Source of the DNA: Candidatus Bathyarchaeia archaeon
Lineage (GTDB): Archaea > Thermoproteota > Bathyarchaeia > Bathyarchaeales > Bathycorpusculaceae
Length of the DNA: 64,000 nt
NCBI GenBank assembly: GCA_050010755.1
Contig: JBEKKK010000004.1
Span: 32,001 to 96,000 of the forward strand
Direction of reading: 5' to 3'
Position numbers and translations under genes: made by a program. The notes beneath the pieces are model-generated. The model did no database searches. It had not been told where the DNA came from and was given only the letters and a program-made list of their open reading frames with translations. Numbering within the stretch: the stretch's first letter is position 1; the number at the start of each line of letters is the position of its first letter. Shown here in pieces: positions 30,322 through 39,836 of the stretch.

Positions 30322-30417
30322 TGGCGGGCCCGCAGGGATTCGAACCCCGGGTGTCCGGTCTTTTCAGATCTCCGGCTCCGAAGGCCGGTGCCTTAATCCA
30401 GACTGGGCTACGGGCCC
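30322..30417 (-). tRNA. tRNA-Arg(TCG) with a 17-nt non-canonical intron at 45/46 (30353-30369); CCA encoded
   Basis: CCGGC-CTTCGGA-GCCGG arm; BHB CCGG-AG^A-TCT-GAAA-AGA-CCGG-AC^A; splicing restores a 5-nt variable loop. Confidence 0.9.
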
Positions 30418-30637
30418 CCATCCAAGAATTGTTGCGAACTAATTAAAAGGGTTCCGAAATTCCTTTTAACGATTTTCGGGGCTCCTTTGACTATTTGCGT
30501 TTTCTGAAGTGTGCCAGGTTGTCTTTCTACATTAGGAACCCGCCCCCCCCCCATCCACCATCTCGGAACGCGCGCACTGAGCAAAAATTCTTAAAACGGC
30601 AACGGGAAATCAATACAACATTCCGGAAGGATCGAGC

Positions 30638-30931
30638 ATGATAAACCTGTTAATCATCACAATTCCAGTCGTCGTCATCGCCATCGCTGTCGTGCTCTAC
30701 GTTCTGTTTCCCAAGTTCGGACTGCACTACACGTCAGAACTGACGTGCCCAAAATGTGGAAAAACCTTTGACTACAACTGGGTTCCAGGAGGATCCTTCA
30801 CCGCCCTCCGACTTGGAAGCAAGAGATACATAAGCTGTCCACACTGCCACGAATGGTCCACCTACAACATAAAGTCAACCCGAACCGGCAAAGCAGAACC
30901 CGCCAATGGGAAGCGCGCGCCATTGAAATAG
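30638..30931 (+). CDS. Membrane-anchored zinc-ribbon protein
   Basis: N-terminal TM segment; CPKCG...CPHC. Confidence 0.7.
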   Translation: MINLLIITIPVVVIAIAVVLYVLFPKFGLHYTSELTCPKCGKTFDYNWVPGGSFTALRLGSKRYISCPHCHEWSTYNIKSTRTGKAEPANGKRAPLK

Positions 30932-31028
30932 CTTGTATCAACTCTTTAGGAGCCATGAGCTAGATTAAAGAGGTAACAGAACGTCTTTATATGCTAGGTA
31001 TCTAACTTTGAACTGGTGGAGATAGAAT

Positions 31029-31253
31029 ATGAGACCTGAACATTATAAGCAGAATAGACCGATGAAGAAGGACAAACTCAAAGAAAAAGGCCGGACTAGC
31101 GTACCTCAACGTCGAGTGGTTGCAGCTGCTCAAAAAGCGAAAAACATCACTTCTCCGAAATTGCGTGAGGCTTACTCCACTAAAATAGAATGGATAACGA
31201 AGCTTATTCCCAAATTGAAGGAAGAAACCGAAGCGCCGAAAGAAAAAGAATAG
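31029..31253 (+). CDS. Small basic hypothetical protein
   Basis: 74-aa Lys-rich ORF after TTTATAT and a GGTGGAG RBS-like motif. Confidence 0.45.
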   Translation: MRPEHYKQNRPMKKDKLKEKGRTSVPQRRVVAAAQKAKNITSPKLREAYSTKIEWITKLIPKLKEETEAPKEKE

Positions 31254-31513
31254 CTCAGATAAACCTGCGCACAAACTCTGGAAGACTTGCATCGGCTGTT
31301 TCCAGCGCGCTACTTTTTCAAAGATTTCGGCTAATGGACTTGCTCATTTCTTGATATCAGAAACAACATTTTGTTTTTCCCAAGTCCTTAAATAGGAATA
31401 AAAAGGGGAAGTGTGCACGATTCTATTTTGCCTATGTGGCGACATCTCCACTCTTCCAAGAGTCCGAAAACACTTAAAAACGGTCAATAGATTTATAATA
31501 GCTAACATTACCT

Positions 31514-31588
31514 GGGCCGGTAGCTCAGCTTGGCTTGAGCGTTCGGCTGATAACCGAAAGGTCGAGAGTTCAAATCTCTCCCGGCCCA
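31514..31588 (+). tRNA. tRNA-Ile(GAT)
   Basis: TTCGG-CTGATAA-CCGAA arm; GGGCCGG/CCGGCCC acceptor; TATA-like ATTTATAA upstream. Confidence 0.96.
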
Positions 31589-31865
31589 CTTTTTCATTCA
31601 CTTCGATTTCCTGAAAAACATGTACGTTTCAGGTGTCGTGCAAACATAGTCCAAGACACTTTCAACAAGTTGTTTGGCCTCTTCTGCGGTCTCTGCGGCT
31701 TTAGCGCGGGCTAACGGCTTCTTTATTTCCTAAAAGCTTATTGTACAGACAAGGAAAGAATTGGAAAGAGCTGAGGGCGCTGACAGTAGGGTCTAAGTGG
31801 TATCACATAGTATAGGCGGCAAGTTTTATAAACGGAATGAAACAGAAACCATCGCAGGTGATTCT

Positions 31866-32255
31866 TTGTCGAAAAATGATGACGATGTGTTAGAGGAATT
31901 GAAGAAGATCCGAGCATTGCTGGAACCAAAAGCTGCACCGCCCGCACCAAAAGGACTATGGGCCGAATTCATGGACTTCATCAGCAAGTACAAGGTTCTC
32001 GGTCTCGCCGTAGCCTTCATCATCGCTACTTATCTCGGACTGCTAGTGTTAGCGCTTGTCAAGGACTTCATAATGCCGATCATAGGTTTGATACTGAACC
32101 CACTGGGATTGGGGAATTTGGTTGATGCGAAGACAACCTTTTCTTCACAGGTGTTTAGTTATGGAGACTTTCTGCTAGCTTTGATAACCTTTATCATAGT
32201 AGCCTTGATAGTCTTCCTGATAGTGAAAGTCACCAAAAACTGGGGCATTGAGTAG
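31866..32255 (+). CDS. mscL: Large-conductance mechanosensitive channel family protein
   Basis: EFMDF..KYKVLGLAVAFII...LVKD.IMPII...YGDFL.ALITFIIVA. Confidence 0.85.
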   Translation: MSKNDDDVLEELKKIRALLEPKAAPPAPKGLWAEFMDFISKYKVLGLAVAFIIATYLGLLVLALVKDFIMPIIGLILNPLGLGNLVDAKTTFSSQVFSYGDFLLALITFIIVALIVFLIVKVTKNWGIE

Positions 32256-32509
32256 ATTCAGCAAGACAAATCAACGTCACTTCTATCCCTTTTTTATTAC
32301 TCGCGCGCTGCAAAGTTATTGGAGTTGCAGTCAGTTTCATCACTGGACTCGAGTTGTGAAAGCGCGCCCGTGGAATGGTAGCCAAAACAGAACATTAGCT
32401 GAGCAAGCCATCTGGAAAAAAGCAAAAGCAGCGCCCCTTTTCTTTATTTCCGACGGAACCGAAAAGCTGAAATCTCAATTACCCGCATAAACTGTACTTG
32501 TGACCTTCG

Positions 32510-32800
32510 ATGCCACACTACATTTTGTTGTCAAATCTGACAGATGAAGGGTGGAAGACAGTCAAGGAAAAACCTGAAAGGATAAAGGAAGTCAACAAGG
32601 AACTTGAAGCCTTCGGCGTTCGAGTGATAAGCCAATACGCTCTGCTGGGCCCGTACGACTTCGCAAGTGTTGTGGAAGCTCCAGACAACAAAACCGTAAG
32701 CAGACTTTCTATCGAACTCGGCTCACGAGGAACAATCAAGATTACCAGCATGGCCGCAGTTCCCATAGATGAATTCATTGCCTCATTAAAGAAACGCTAA
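32510..32800 (+). CDS. GYD domain protein
   Basis: YILL..LTDEG...Y.LLGPYDF..VVEAPD. Confidence 0.85.
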   Translation: MPHYILLSNLTDEGWKTVKEKPERIKEVNKELEAFGVRVISQYALLGPYDFASVVEAPDNKTVSRLSIELGSRGTIKITSMAAVPIDEFIASLKKR

Positions 32801-33057
32801 AAGAACTTAAACTCCCATTTTTTTATTCGAAGGCTAGTCTTCGAAATCTAGAGCATAAGACTGCCGACCAATCGTTACTGAGTAAGATACACAAGTATAT
32901 GAAATGAAGTTTGCGAGATCGTCACACATCTCGACCCGCCTTTACTGAAGAAACAATTCGATCAGAAAATTACGTCCCCAAATCAATGGAGAATTTATTT
33001 ATAGGTCTATCGTCGAAGTAGCTACCCAACAAAGGTTTCCCTTCGAGGAATCTTACT

Positions 33058-33396
33058 TTGACAGATAAAGCCTTCCAAGAGCTGGTGCTTGAGGCTGTAG
33101 ATTCAACTTTGGCTTCCTTGGGCAGTTCAGCTAGACAATCGGTCTATTACCATCTTAAGAAAAAGTTTGACATATCAAGGGACCAAATTCCTGGCCGGAT
33201 TGAAGATTTTGACCGTGGACTTGAACAGATTTTCGGGGTTGGAACACGATTCTTGGAAGTACTGATGATGAAGAAACTCTACGAAGAAATGGGCTCGAAA
33301 GGAAAGATTCTGAGGTTGGATCAAAGAAAAGAATTCAAATTCGTCGACTACATAAAGGCAGCCCAATCGACCTACTCAAAAATGAAGAAAACCTAG
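33058..33396 (+). CDS. DUF3227/NitrOD5-like helical protein, paralog 1
   Basis: LEAVD..L..LG.S..Q...YHL...IP..IEDF..GLEQIFG.G...LE. Confidence 0.7.
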   Translation: MTDKAFQELVLEAVDSTLASLGSSARQSVYYHLKKKFDISRDQIPGRIEDFDRGLEQIFGVGTRFLEVLMMKKLYEEMGSKGKILRLDQRKEFKFVDYIKAAQSTYSKMKKT

Positions 33397-33529
33397 AAAC
33401 CCTTTTCTTCAACTTAAAACACTTTTTTGCAAAACGTGCTGTTTCGCAATCTATATTGCAAGTTCACAAACGTTTTATCAATGCTTGCCAAGTTCCATTC
33501 AATACATAGATAAGCTTGTTGGCGATGAC

Positions 33530-33868
33530 ATGCCATTGACACACGACGACTTTAACAAGATTCTTTTGTCTGCCGTCGACGAAGGCCTATGCTTACTCGG
33601 AGAATCATCCAAACAAGCCATAATCTTCCATTTGGAAGATTCCTTTCAGCTGAAGGAAGAAAACATTCCGTCCAACTTAACAGAATTCAAGAAAGCTCTG
33701 GACAACATTTTCGGTCCAGGTGCGGCTTACCTTGAAAAAATCATCGCGAAACGCCTTCACGAAAAACTCGGCTTGACCTTCGAAGAAGACAAAAGCACCG
33801 ATTTTCTCGAATACGTGAAGATCGCGAAGAGCCGTATCATGAAGGAAGGAGAAATTACCTTAAGATGA
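33530..33868 (+). CDS. DUF3227/NitrOD5-like helical protein, paralog 2
   Basis: LSAVDEGL..LGES..QAI.FHL...IP....F..AL..IFG.GA..LE. Confidence 0.7.
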   Translation: MPLTHDDFNKILLSAVDEGLCLLGESSKQAIIFHLEDSFQLKEENIPSNLTEFKKALDNIFGPGAAYLEKIIAKRLHEKLGLTFEEDKSTDFLEYVKIAKSRIMKEGEITLR

Positions 33869-34024
33869 AAAACCCAACAGAGTTGATGCAAATTGAAGAA
33901 CATAAACTCCTATCTGAAAAAAGCTGCTTTCACGGAAACGATAGGAACACAAGTTTTAGAAGCGCCCAATCCTCACGGAAACCTCGCGGATCGGACCAAC
34001 GAGGGAGTGTGGAGGTGAAATAGC

Positions 34025-34498
34025 ATGGATAACGGCGCAAGAATCCTAATAGTCGACGATGACGAGAACATAAGAAAAGTGTTGATGGCCATACTTGAAG
34101 ACAAGGGTTACCAAATGGAGGCAGTGGGTTCAGCCATGGAAGCCATAAAAAAAACCGACAAGAAATTCTACAACTTAGCTCTAATAGACATTAGACTGCC
34201 TGACATGGAAGGAATAGATCTTCTAATGAAAATGAGAGAAACAACGCCCAGAATGCGAAAGATAATAATAACTGGCTACCCCACGCTGCAAAATGCCGTG
34301 GACGCCGTCAACAAAGGCGCGGATGCCTACGTAACCAAACCGTTCGACGTTGAAAGGGTCCTGAACACAATAAGCGAACAATTGAGAAAGCAGGAACAGG
34401 AGAAAAAATACAGCCAAGACAGAGTCGCAGAGTTCATTGAAACAAGAGTGAGAGAGCTAGACTTGGAGAAAGAGGTAGCCAATAGCAAGACCCCATGA
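34025..34498 (+). CDS. Stand-alone response regulator receiver protein
   Basis: ILIVDDD, LIDIRLPD phospho-Asp, ITG, KPF. Confidence 0.93.
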   Translation: MDNGARILIVDDDENIRKVLMAILEDKGYQMEAVGSAMEAIKKTDKKFYNLALIDIRLPDMEGIDLLMKMRETTPRMRKIIITGYPTLQNAVDAVNKGADAYVTKPFDVERVLNTISEQLRKQEQEKKYSQDRVAEFIETRVRELDLEKEVANSKTP

Positions 34499-34859
34499 AA
34501 ACTGCCAAGCGGCACTTTCTCTTCATATTTTCGAACAGTAACCGACTTTTCTTCAGCACCAGCCGGTCCGATACCGGTGGCCAAAGTTGACCCCGCGCAT
34601 TTGAAGAAAATAACTTCGCACGCTTAGTAGGTTAGTATACGCAGACAAAACTAATCAATAGAGCAAAGTTACAAGCTCTCCAGCCATCAAAAGAAAAACA
34701 AAATGCATTTCTGACCAACTTGCACAAATACGCATACGAAGCTGCAGCAGTTGGGCCGTCTTACTGCTGATGTTAGCTCTTCCTTAGTGTCTGATACACA
34801 ACACGGAATCTTCTTGCACTGAAAAAACTTCGTCGATCATGCGGAAAATATGTACGTAA

Positions 34860-35393
34860 ATGCTAAAAGCAGTTAGCTCCATGCTATACATGGGAATTGA
34901 TTTGAAGGTGAAGGAAGGAAAAACAACGGATGGCGATTTCGTTCTGCGAGTGAAGATGGGCGAGTACGAAATTGAGGTGGGAGGCACCCGCGACGAAGTT
35001 CTGAAGACCATCGAGGATTTGCCCGGTCTGATCAACAATATTCAAAAAGCTTTCGACTATGCAAGACCCAAAAAGTTTGCGACGCTCACAGTGAAGACAG
35101 AAGCACCAAAGGACGAGAAAACGGTCTCCGAAAAATATCCAAGAATTTCAGGCGCGGAAACTTGTGCCGAGGCTATTTTCAGGATTCTTGAGACTGATTG
35201 GGGAAAGTGGCGTCCGCGCACGGTTGAGGAGTTGAGAGACGCTTTGAAGGCCAACGGTCTGGAGTATCCAGGGCGAACGCTCGCAGGAGTTCTGCTTGAT
35301 CTGGTTAAACAGGAAAGAATTAGGCGTTGGAACACCGACTCGGGCTACGTTTACATTCTGGCAGAAACCGAGGTTTTCCAATCGAAACGTTAG
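34860..35393 (+). CDS. Hypothetical protein: N-terminal beta-hairpin/helix plus C-terminal winged helix (paralog A1)
   Basis: LRVKMGEYEIEV...AETC...W...G.EY...LLDLVK...R...Y.Y; true start may be 34881-34908. Confidence 0.7.
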   Translation: MLKAVSSMLYMGIDLKVKEGKTTDGDFVLRVKMGEYEIEVGGTRDEVLKTIEDLPGLINNIQKAFDYARPKKFATLTVKTEAPKDEKTVSEKYPRISGAETCAEAIFRILETDWGKWRPRTVEELRDALKANGLEYPGRTLAGVLLDLVKQERIRRWNTDSGYVYILAETEVFQSKR

Positions 35394-35472
35394 CAATTGT
35401 ATCATGCCTCTTAAAACCCCGGGTCCAAGTGTTCCTAAATTAACCAAAAGGAAACCATCATGCTCCTGAATC

Positions 35473-35531
35473 GCAGGGAATGATGAAGAACCTTGGCCGA
35501 ATTAGGCCCCAAACTATCTGGAGTTCCCTGC
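35473..35531 (+). ncRNA. Candidate structured small RNA with a C-box (AUGAUGA)
   Basis: 8-bp terminal stem GCAGGGAA/TTCCCTGC, ATGATGA, internal CCGA and GGCC/GGCC stem; D box non-canonical (CTGGA). Confidence 0.3.
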
Positions 35532-35656
35532 TCCCACCTGAAATGTTTTGCACCATTTTCGAGAAGACATGCGCGAGCGTTTCCGGCTAACGAAAAACAC
35601 TCTCATATATCGGCTTCGGAATGTTGCTTAAGCGTTGGAAAGGCCCTATCCGATTT

Positions 35657-35785
35657 ATGGGAAACATTCCTAAGGAAATGGCATGCGACCATTGCGGAAA
35701 AATTCTTCCTGACTCTGAGATAATTCAAATACCTGGACAGGACTTGTGCGAACGGTGCTTTCGGCGCTTGGTCGGTTCGCGCTAA
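35657..35785 (+). CDS. 42-aa zinc-finger microprotein (not in ORF track)
   Basis: MGNIPKEMACDHCGKILPDSEIIQIPGQDLCERCFRRLVGSR; two CxxC motifs. Confidence 0.6.
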   Translation: MGNIPKEMACDHCGKILPDSEIIQIPGQDLCERCFRRLVGSR

Positions 35786-36155
35786 TTTGACCACCGCTCA
35801 TTGTGCATGCAATTCATGTTATGAGGATGCAGAATCGCGCGGTTTACGTTCAGGAGGTTTCAACTCCTTTCCGTTTTGTACTTTGGTATATTAACAGATA
35901 GGGTTGCTTGTTGGCTCGTTACAAAAAGTCACGAGACAGGCAGCACCATAGGCCGTAAACATAGTTCAAAAATTAGGAAAAAACTCATTCCTAATGGGGA
36001 ATCGAACCAACAAGAAAGCTCCGAATGAAATTATCGGGACAAAAATGTTATTACCCTCATTAGAAGGATTAGGAAAGAAAGAGGGGTTTATGCGGAGATG
36101 TTGCCATTTGTTAAGTGTCTGATACGGAAAGCTTTCGACTTGAGGATGGGAACGA

Positions 36156-36629
36156 ATGAACAAGATTGAAGTACGAGTCAAGACGCCATTCGGCGAAGTC
36201 GTTGTCGAGGCTGAAAACGCCCAGGAGATACTGAAAATTCTTGAGGCTTTCCCCGAAGGTTTCATGGAAAAGGTTGGAGGCTTCGTCCAGAACCGTCTGA
36301 TTCCCTCAAACGTTCAACTCAAAGGTATCATTGAGTCCACGACCGAAGGCCCCGTCATCATAGCCCGCGAAAACCTCACCCACTATGAGGCGATAGGCTT
36401 GACCCTGTTCGCATCGGAAGGGAGGAAGAGCACAGCGGCACAGATAACAAAGCTTCTGGAATCAAGCGGAATAAAATGCATGGTCCCCGCGCGCCTAAAC
36501 GAGATGACCAAAAGAGGTCAAGTCTTCAAACCAGACCCGAACAGACCCGAGTTCAAGCTTACCATGCAAGGCGAGAGATGGGTAGAAGATAACGTTCTAA
36601 ACAAGCTCAAGAGCAAAATAGGGCAATGA
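36156..36629 (+). CDS. Hypothetical protein: N-terminal beta-hairpin/helix plus C-terminal winged helix (paralog B1)
   Basis: IEVRVKTPFGEVVVE...GII....EGP...ARLNEM.K.G...FKLT..G. Confidence 0.75.
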   Translation: MNKIEVRVKTPFGEVVVEAENAQEILKILEAFPEGFMEKVGGFVQNRLIPSNVQLKGIIESTTEGPVIIARENLTHYEAIGLTLFASEGRKSTAAQITKLLESSGIKCMVPARLNEMTKRGQVFKPDPNRPEFKLTMQGERWVEDNVLNKLKSKIGQ

Positions 36630-36753
36630 AAAAGCAGGGCAAAGACATCTCGGTTCGTGTCTCTAATATTCTATTCAAATAGCCTTGGGAACAAGTTGAC
36701 AACATTTTTTAGCCATCGCTTGCAATCAGCACTAGTGCAGTGAGGAATGGAAC

Positions 36754-37314
36754 TTGGCTGAAGAGCGTGCTGTATCCACAGGAGAGCCCCCTCGAAGTCA
36801 CAGAGGCGAAGATAGGGACGAGTTGACCGTTGAGATCAGGTATAAGGGTGTCGAGAAAAAGTTTTCTGGAAACGTTGAATCGGTCTGGTTGAGTTTAAAC
36901 TTGTTTTTCAAAGAGTTCTTGCCATCCTTTGAGATTGCACAGAAGTTGATGCTGAACATCGATCTGCAGAATTTGGCCAGAGACACTGAAGGCATTATCG
37001 GTTTCGCGAAGGAAGGGCCATGCCTGGTTGTTCCGAGGAACAAGTTGACGGATAACGAGACCTTGAGCCTGCTGCTTCTGGCAGGTTACCTTGCCCATCA
37101 ATTTGGCTATGCCAGAACGGATGAAGTTTCCAAAGAGGAACTACAAGTCGAGCTCGGCAAAGACGCGAAGATTGCAAGCACCAGGCTGGGAGAACTCGTG
37201 AAGAATCATGTGGCAGCAAAAACTTCCGCAGAAAAATACAAAATCACAACTATCGGCCTAATGCAATTGCAGAAGGATGTAATTCCCAAAATCAAGACAA
37301 GAAAAGGGACTTAG
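36754..37314 (+). CDS. Hypothetical protein: N-terminal beta-hairpin/helix plus C-terminal winged helix (paralog B2)
   Basis: LTVEIRYKGVEKKF...GII....EGP...TRLGELVK...YKIT..G. Confidence 0.75.
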   Translation: MAEERAVSTGEPPRSHRGEDRDELTVEIRYKGVEKKFSGNVESVWLSLNLFFKEFLPSFEIAQKLMLNIDLQNLARDTEGIIGFAKEGPCLVVPRNKLTDNETLSLLLLAGYLAHQFGYARTDEVSKEELQVELGKDAKIASTRLGELVKNHVAAKTSAEKYKITTIGLMQLQKDVIPKIKTRKGT

Positions 37315-37358
37315 CAGGCTTGTTACGAGTCTGCTGTGAGGCCTGGCGTTTTCGACAA

Positions 37359-38225
37359 TTAGGTTCGTCTCTCTAATTGTTCGATTGCTTTCGTCAACAT
37401 GCTGAGAGAGGATATCGTCATATTTGGAACTGCTTTGTGGCCTTTCAGGTTGTCAAGTTTTTGCGACTGGGACAAAAGCGAGTTGGGATCAGATTCTGCA
37501 ATTCTATCTCGTCCCTCTCGGCTGAAAAAGTGTATCGCCTTTGACCCAGCATTCATCGCTCCCCAGACATCTGCTTTCAAGTTGTCACCTACGTGGACGA
37601 CTTCGCACGGCTGCACGCCCATTTTCTTTGCGGCCAAGTGAAAGATCCTTGGGTCGGGCTTGCGTATGTCTATTTCCTCCGAGAATATCATCAATTTGAA
37701 ATATTCGGCTACACCCTCATCGGCCAGAAACTGGCGTAACGCAGCCCCAGAAGTCAAGCCAGTGTTGCATATGAGTCCAATGAGTTTGTGACGTTTCTTC
37801 AAGTCTTCCAGAGCTGTCCGAGCTTCCGGATTGAGGTAAGGAGGGATCTCACGAACACTCAGGTTGTAAGCGGAAACCAATCGTTTTACCCATTCTCGCT
37901 TAAGTTCAAACGAATCTTTTGACACTTTAGCGATGATGAGTCTAATCTGGTCGATGCATGCTAGATCCTTGTTAGTTTCCCAGAGTGTCAGCATCGATGA
38001 AACCATTTCGTTAATAGCCACCGACATCTCTTCAACAGACACTGGGTGGCCAAGGCTGTTCACAGCCCGTACAAGATTCCTACAGCGTGCGTCTCTTCTT
38101 CGAGCACTCGCTCCATCCCTTTCGAAAATCAGGGTCTCCCACAGATCAAAGGTCACTGCTTTCACGGTGTGGTCATCGGCGTCTAAGATACTCACTCTCA
38201 AATTTTGGCTTGAAATTATATGCAA
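37359..38225 (-). CDS. HAD superfamily hydrolase
   Basis: FDLWETL motif I, CNT motif II, KPDPRIF, HVGDNLKAD. Confidence 0.9.
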   Translation of the reverse strand: MHIISSQNLRVSILDADDHTVKAVTFDLWETLIFERDGASARRRDARCRNLVRAVNSLGHPVSVEEMSVAINEMVSSMLTLWETNKDLACIDQIRLIIAKVSKDSFELKREWVKRLVSAYNLSVREIPPYLNPEARTALEDLKKRHKLIGLICNTGLTSGAALRQFLADEGVAEYFKLMIFSEEIDIRKPDPRIFHLAAKKMGVQPCEVVHVGDNLKADVWGAMNAGSKAIHFFSREGRDRIAESDPNSLLSQSQKLDNLKGHKAVPNMTISSLSMLTKAIEQLERRT

Positions 38226-38258
38226 GTTTTTGCCTGAAAAACTTCATTGATAAATCGG

Positions 38259-38663
38259 TCAAGTTGGAGGCCTTTTTTGGGCATATTGGTATCGGCGTGG
38301 TTTTCCTTCCCGCGTTAGTATTCCGTCTTTTACCAGGTCGATTAGGGCGTGGGCGACGGCGGTGCGGTCGTAGTGGAAGCCACGTCTTGCCAGTTCGCTG
38401 TGGACTTCGCTGAGGCCTTTTGTTGTGGAGAACCAGCCTTCTTCCCATAGTTTCTGTATTATGCCCTTGCAGGTTTCTGCCCTTGGGAGTTGCGCCGTCC
38501 TTTCCGTCATAAGCGGTGTCTCTTTCAGCTTGTCCGTTACGGTTGAAAGGATTTTGTCCACCGTCGACTGCAGTTGGTCTTCTTGGCATTCGATTTCGAA
38601 TTCGACTTCTCCTATTTTCATTTTTACTCGTATCGGCGGGTGTGTTTCTTTGTCTGCCAACAT
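38259..38663 (-). CDS. Hypothetical protein: N-terminal beta-hairpin/helix plus C-terminal winged helix (paralog A2)
   Basis: IRVKMKIGEVEFEIE...AETC...GWF...G.HY...LIDLVKDG.L.R.G....Y.Y; AGGTGA RBS before MLADK. Confidence 0.8.
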   Translation of the reverse strand: MLADKETHPPIRVKMKIGEVEFEIECQEDQLQSTVDKILSTVTDKLKETPLMTERTAQLPRAETCKGIIQKLWEEGWFSTTKGLSEVHSELARRGFHYDRTAVAHALIDLVKDGILTREGKPRRYQYAQKRPPT

Positions 38664-38750
38664 GTCACCTTGTTGTTTATTGTATTGTACATCTTGGTCA
38701 TGCACAACACTTAAATATATCTTCCCTAGACAATTGGCTATTGGTGAATC

Positions 38751-39836
38751 TTGGTGATTGAACAATACCCTATTACAACAACACCAAAATATAACTTTCC
38801 ACAATCTACCATGGACACAACATTACCCCATCAGTTCATTGAACTAAGCATTCATTCACTGAGACAGGCACCCAACCGTAGCGTTCAACTAAATCAACAA
38901 GATATTCAACAATTCGACAGCCTGGACGTTCATGAGGAAACATTGAAGCTAAAGCTTCAACCACTGCCCCTAGTCGCATCTCGGCAGGAAAAAATCGTCG
39001 CGGCCGTGGACACATCGACCATAAAGATCGGGGAAACGAGCACGGGCATCATGATAGCCATCCGAGGCGCAAACGTCTGGAAACAGAACAAATGTTATAG
39101 ATACGTTCGGTTTGGTCCATTTATATTCCATGTCACCGAGGAGAACAAGAAGCAAGTTTTTGAAACTTTGGAAAGAACTTATTTCAGCTCCAGTGACGAA
39201 CACAGCCACCAAGGCGCGCCAAGTATTCTCCAGATGCCCATGCGCATAGCGACTCTTCTTGAACGTTGGCTTCAAACTATGGCCGTAAAAACCATAAAAG
39301 ACGGGCTGATACTCTTCGATGGTTCATTGACGGCAGGAACGGCAGAAACTCCAACGAGGCGTATGAAGGAGATTCTTTGCTCGGCAAGAAAGGGAGACAA
39401 TGTTGTTCTTGCCTTTTCAAAAATGACAAATCTAAGGGCGAATGGACACCGGATAACCGAGTTGCTGCCCGATCATAAGCCGCCTTTTCTGCTTGAGACG
39501 GAGGGCCTGAGGCTCAGGCCTCCCATGGTTTTGCTCGGCGAAGTCTATGTGGCCAGGTTGACCAAGGGGAATCTTGCTTTCAGGCTGGACATAGACAGGG
39601 ACGTTCCTTCTGAGCCGCGGATCGAGGCGGTTGAAAGACTTTTGGGAAATGATCTGTTTGCGGAAAGTTATCCTGAAACTCTGCGTTTGGCTCACATTTT
39701 GTGCACTTTCACGGCTAATGAAGTGTTGGCTATGCAGCATTTTGTCACGAGAAGGTTTGGGCTTCAATTGGTTAACAGGCCAGATATGCATAGGCTTCTG
39801 TTCGGAATGTTCGGTAAGGGAGAGGGTTATCAATGA
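38751..39836 (+). CDS. nurA: NurA-family (RNase H-fold) nuclease
   Basis: AVDTS, LFDGSL, AFSK, FRLD, SYPETLRLAH..C; start may be 38811. Confidence 0.8.
   Translation: MVIEQYPITTTPKYNFPQSTMDTTLPHQFIELSIHSLRQAPNRSVQLNQQDIQQFDSLDVHEETLKLKLQPLPLVASRQEKIVAAVDTSTIKIGETSTGIMIAIRGANVWKQNKCYRYVRFGPFIFHVTEENKKQVFETLERTYFSSSDEHSHQGAPSILQMPMRIATLLERWLQTMAVKTIKDGLILFDGSLTAGTAETPTRRMKEILCSARKGDNVVLAFSKMTNLRANGHRITELLPDHKPPFLLETEGLRLRPPMVLLGEVYVARLTKGNLAFRLDIDRDVPSEPRIEAVERLLGNDLFAESYPETLRLAHILCTFTANEVLAMQHFVTRRFGLQLVNRPDMHRLLFGMFGKGEGYQ

Noticed and set aside
30543-30552. C10 run as an ORB G-string or phase-variation tract
   Set aside because: The flank does not match the ORB inverted repeat, there is no orc1/cdc6 nearby, and a single homopolymer is weak evidence
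35473-35531. SECIS element
   Set aside because: Helix II pairing is poor and no in-frame UGA selenoprotein candidate is nearby; kept only as a generic structured RNA candidate
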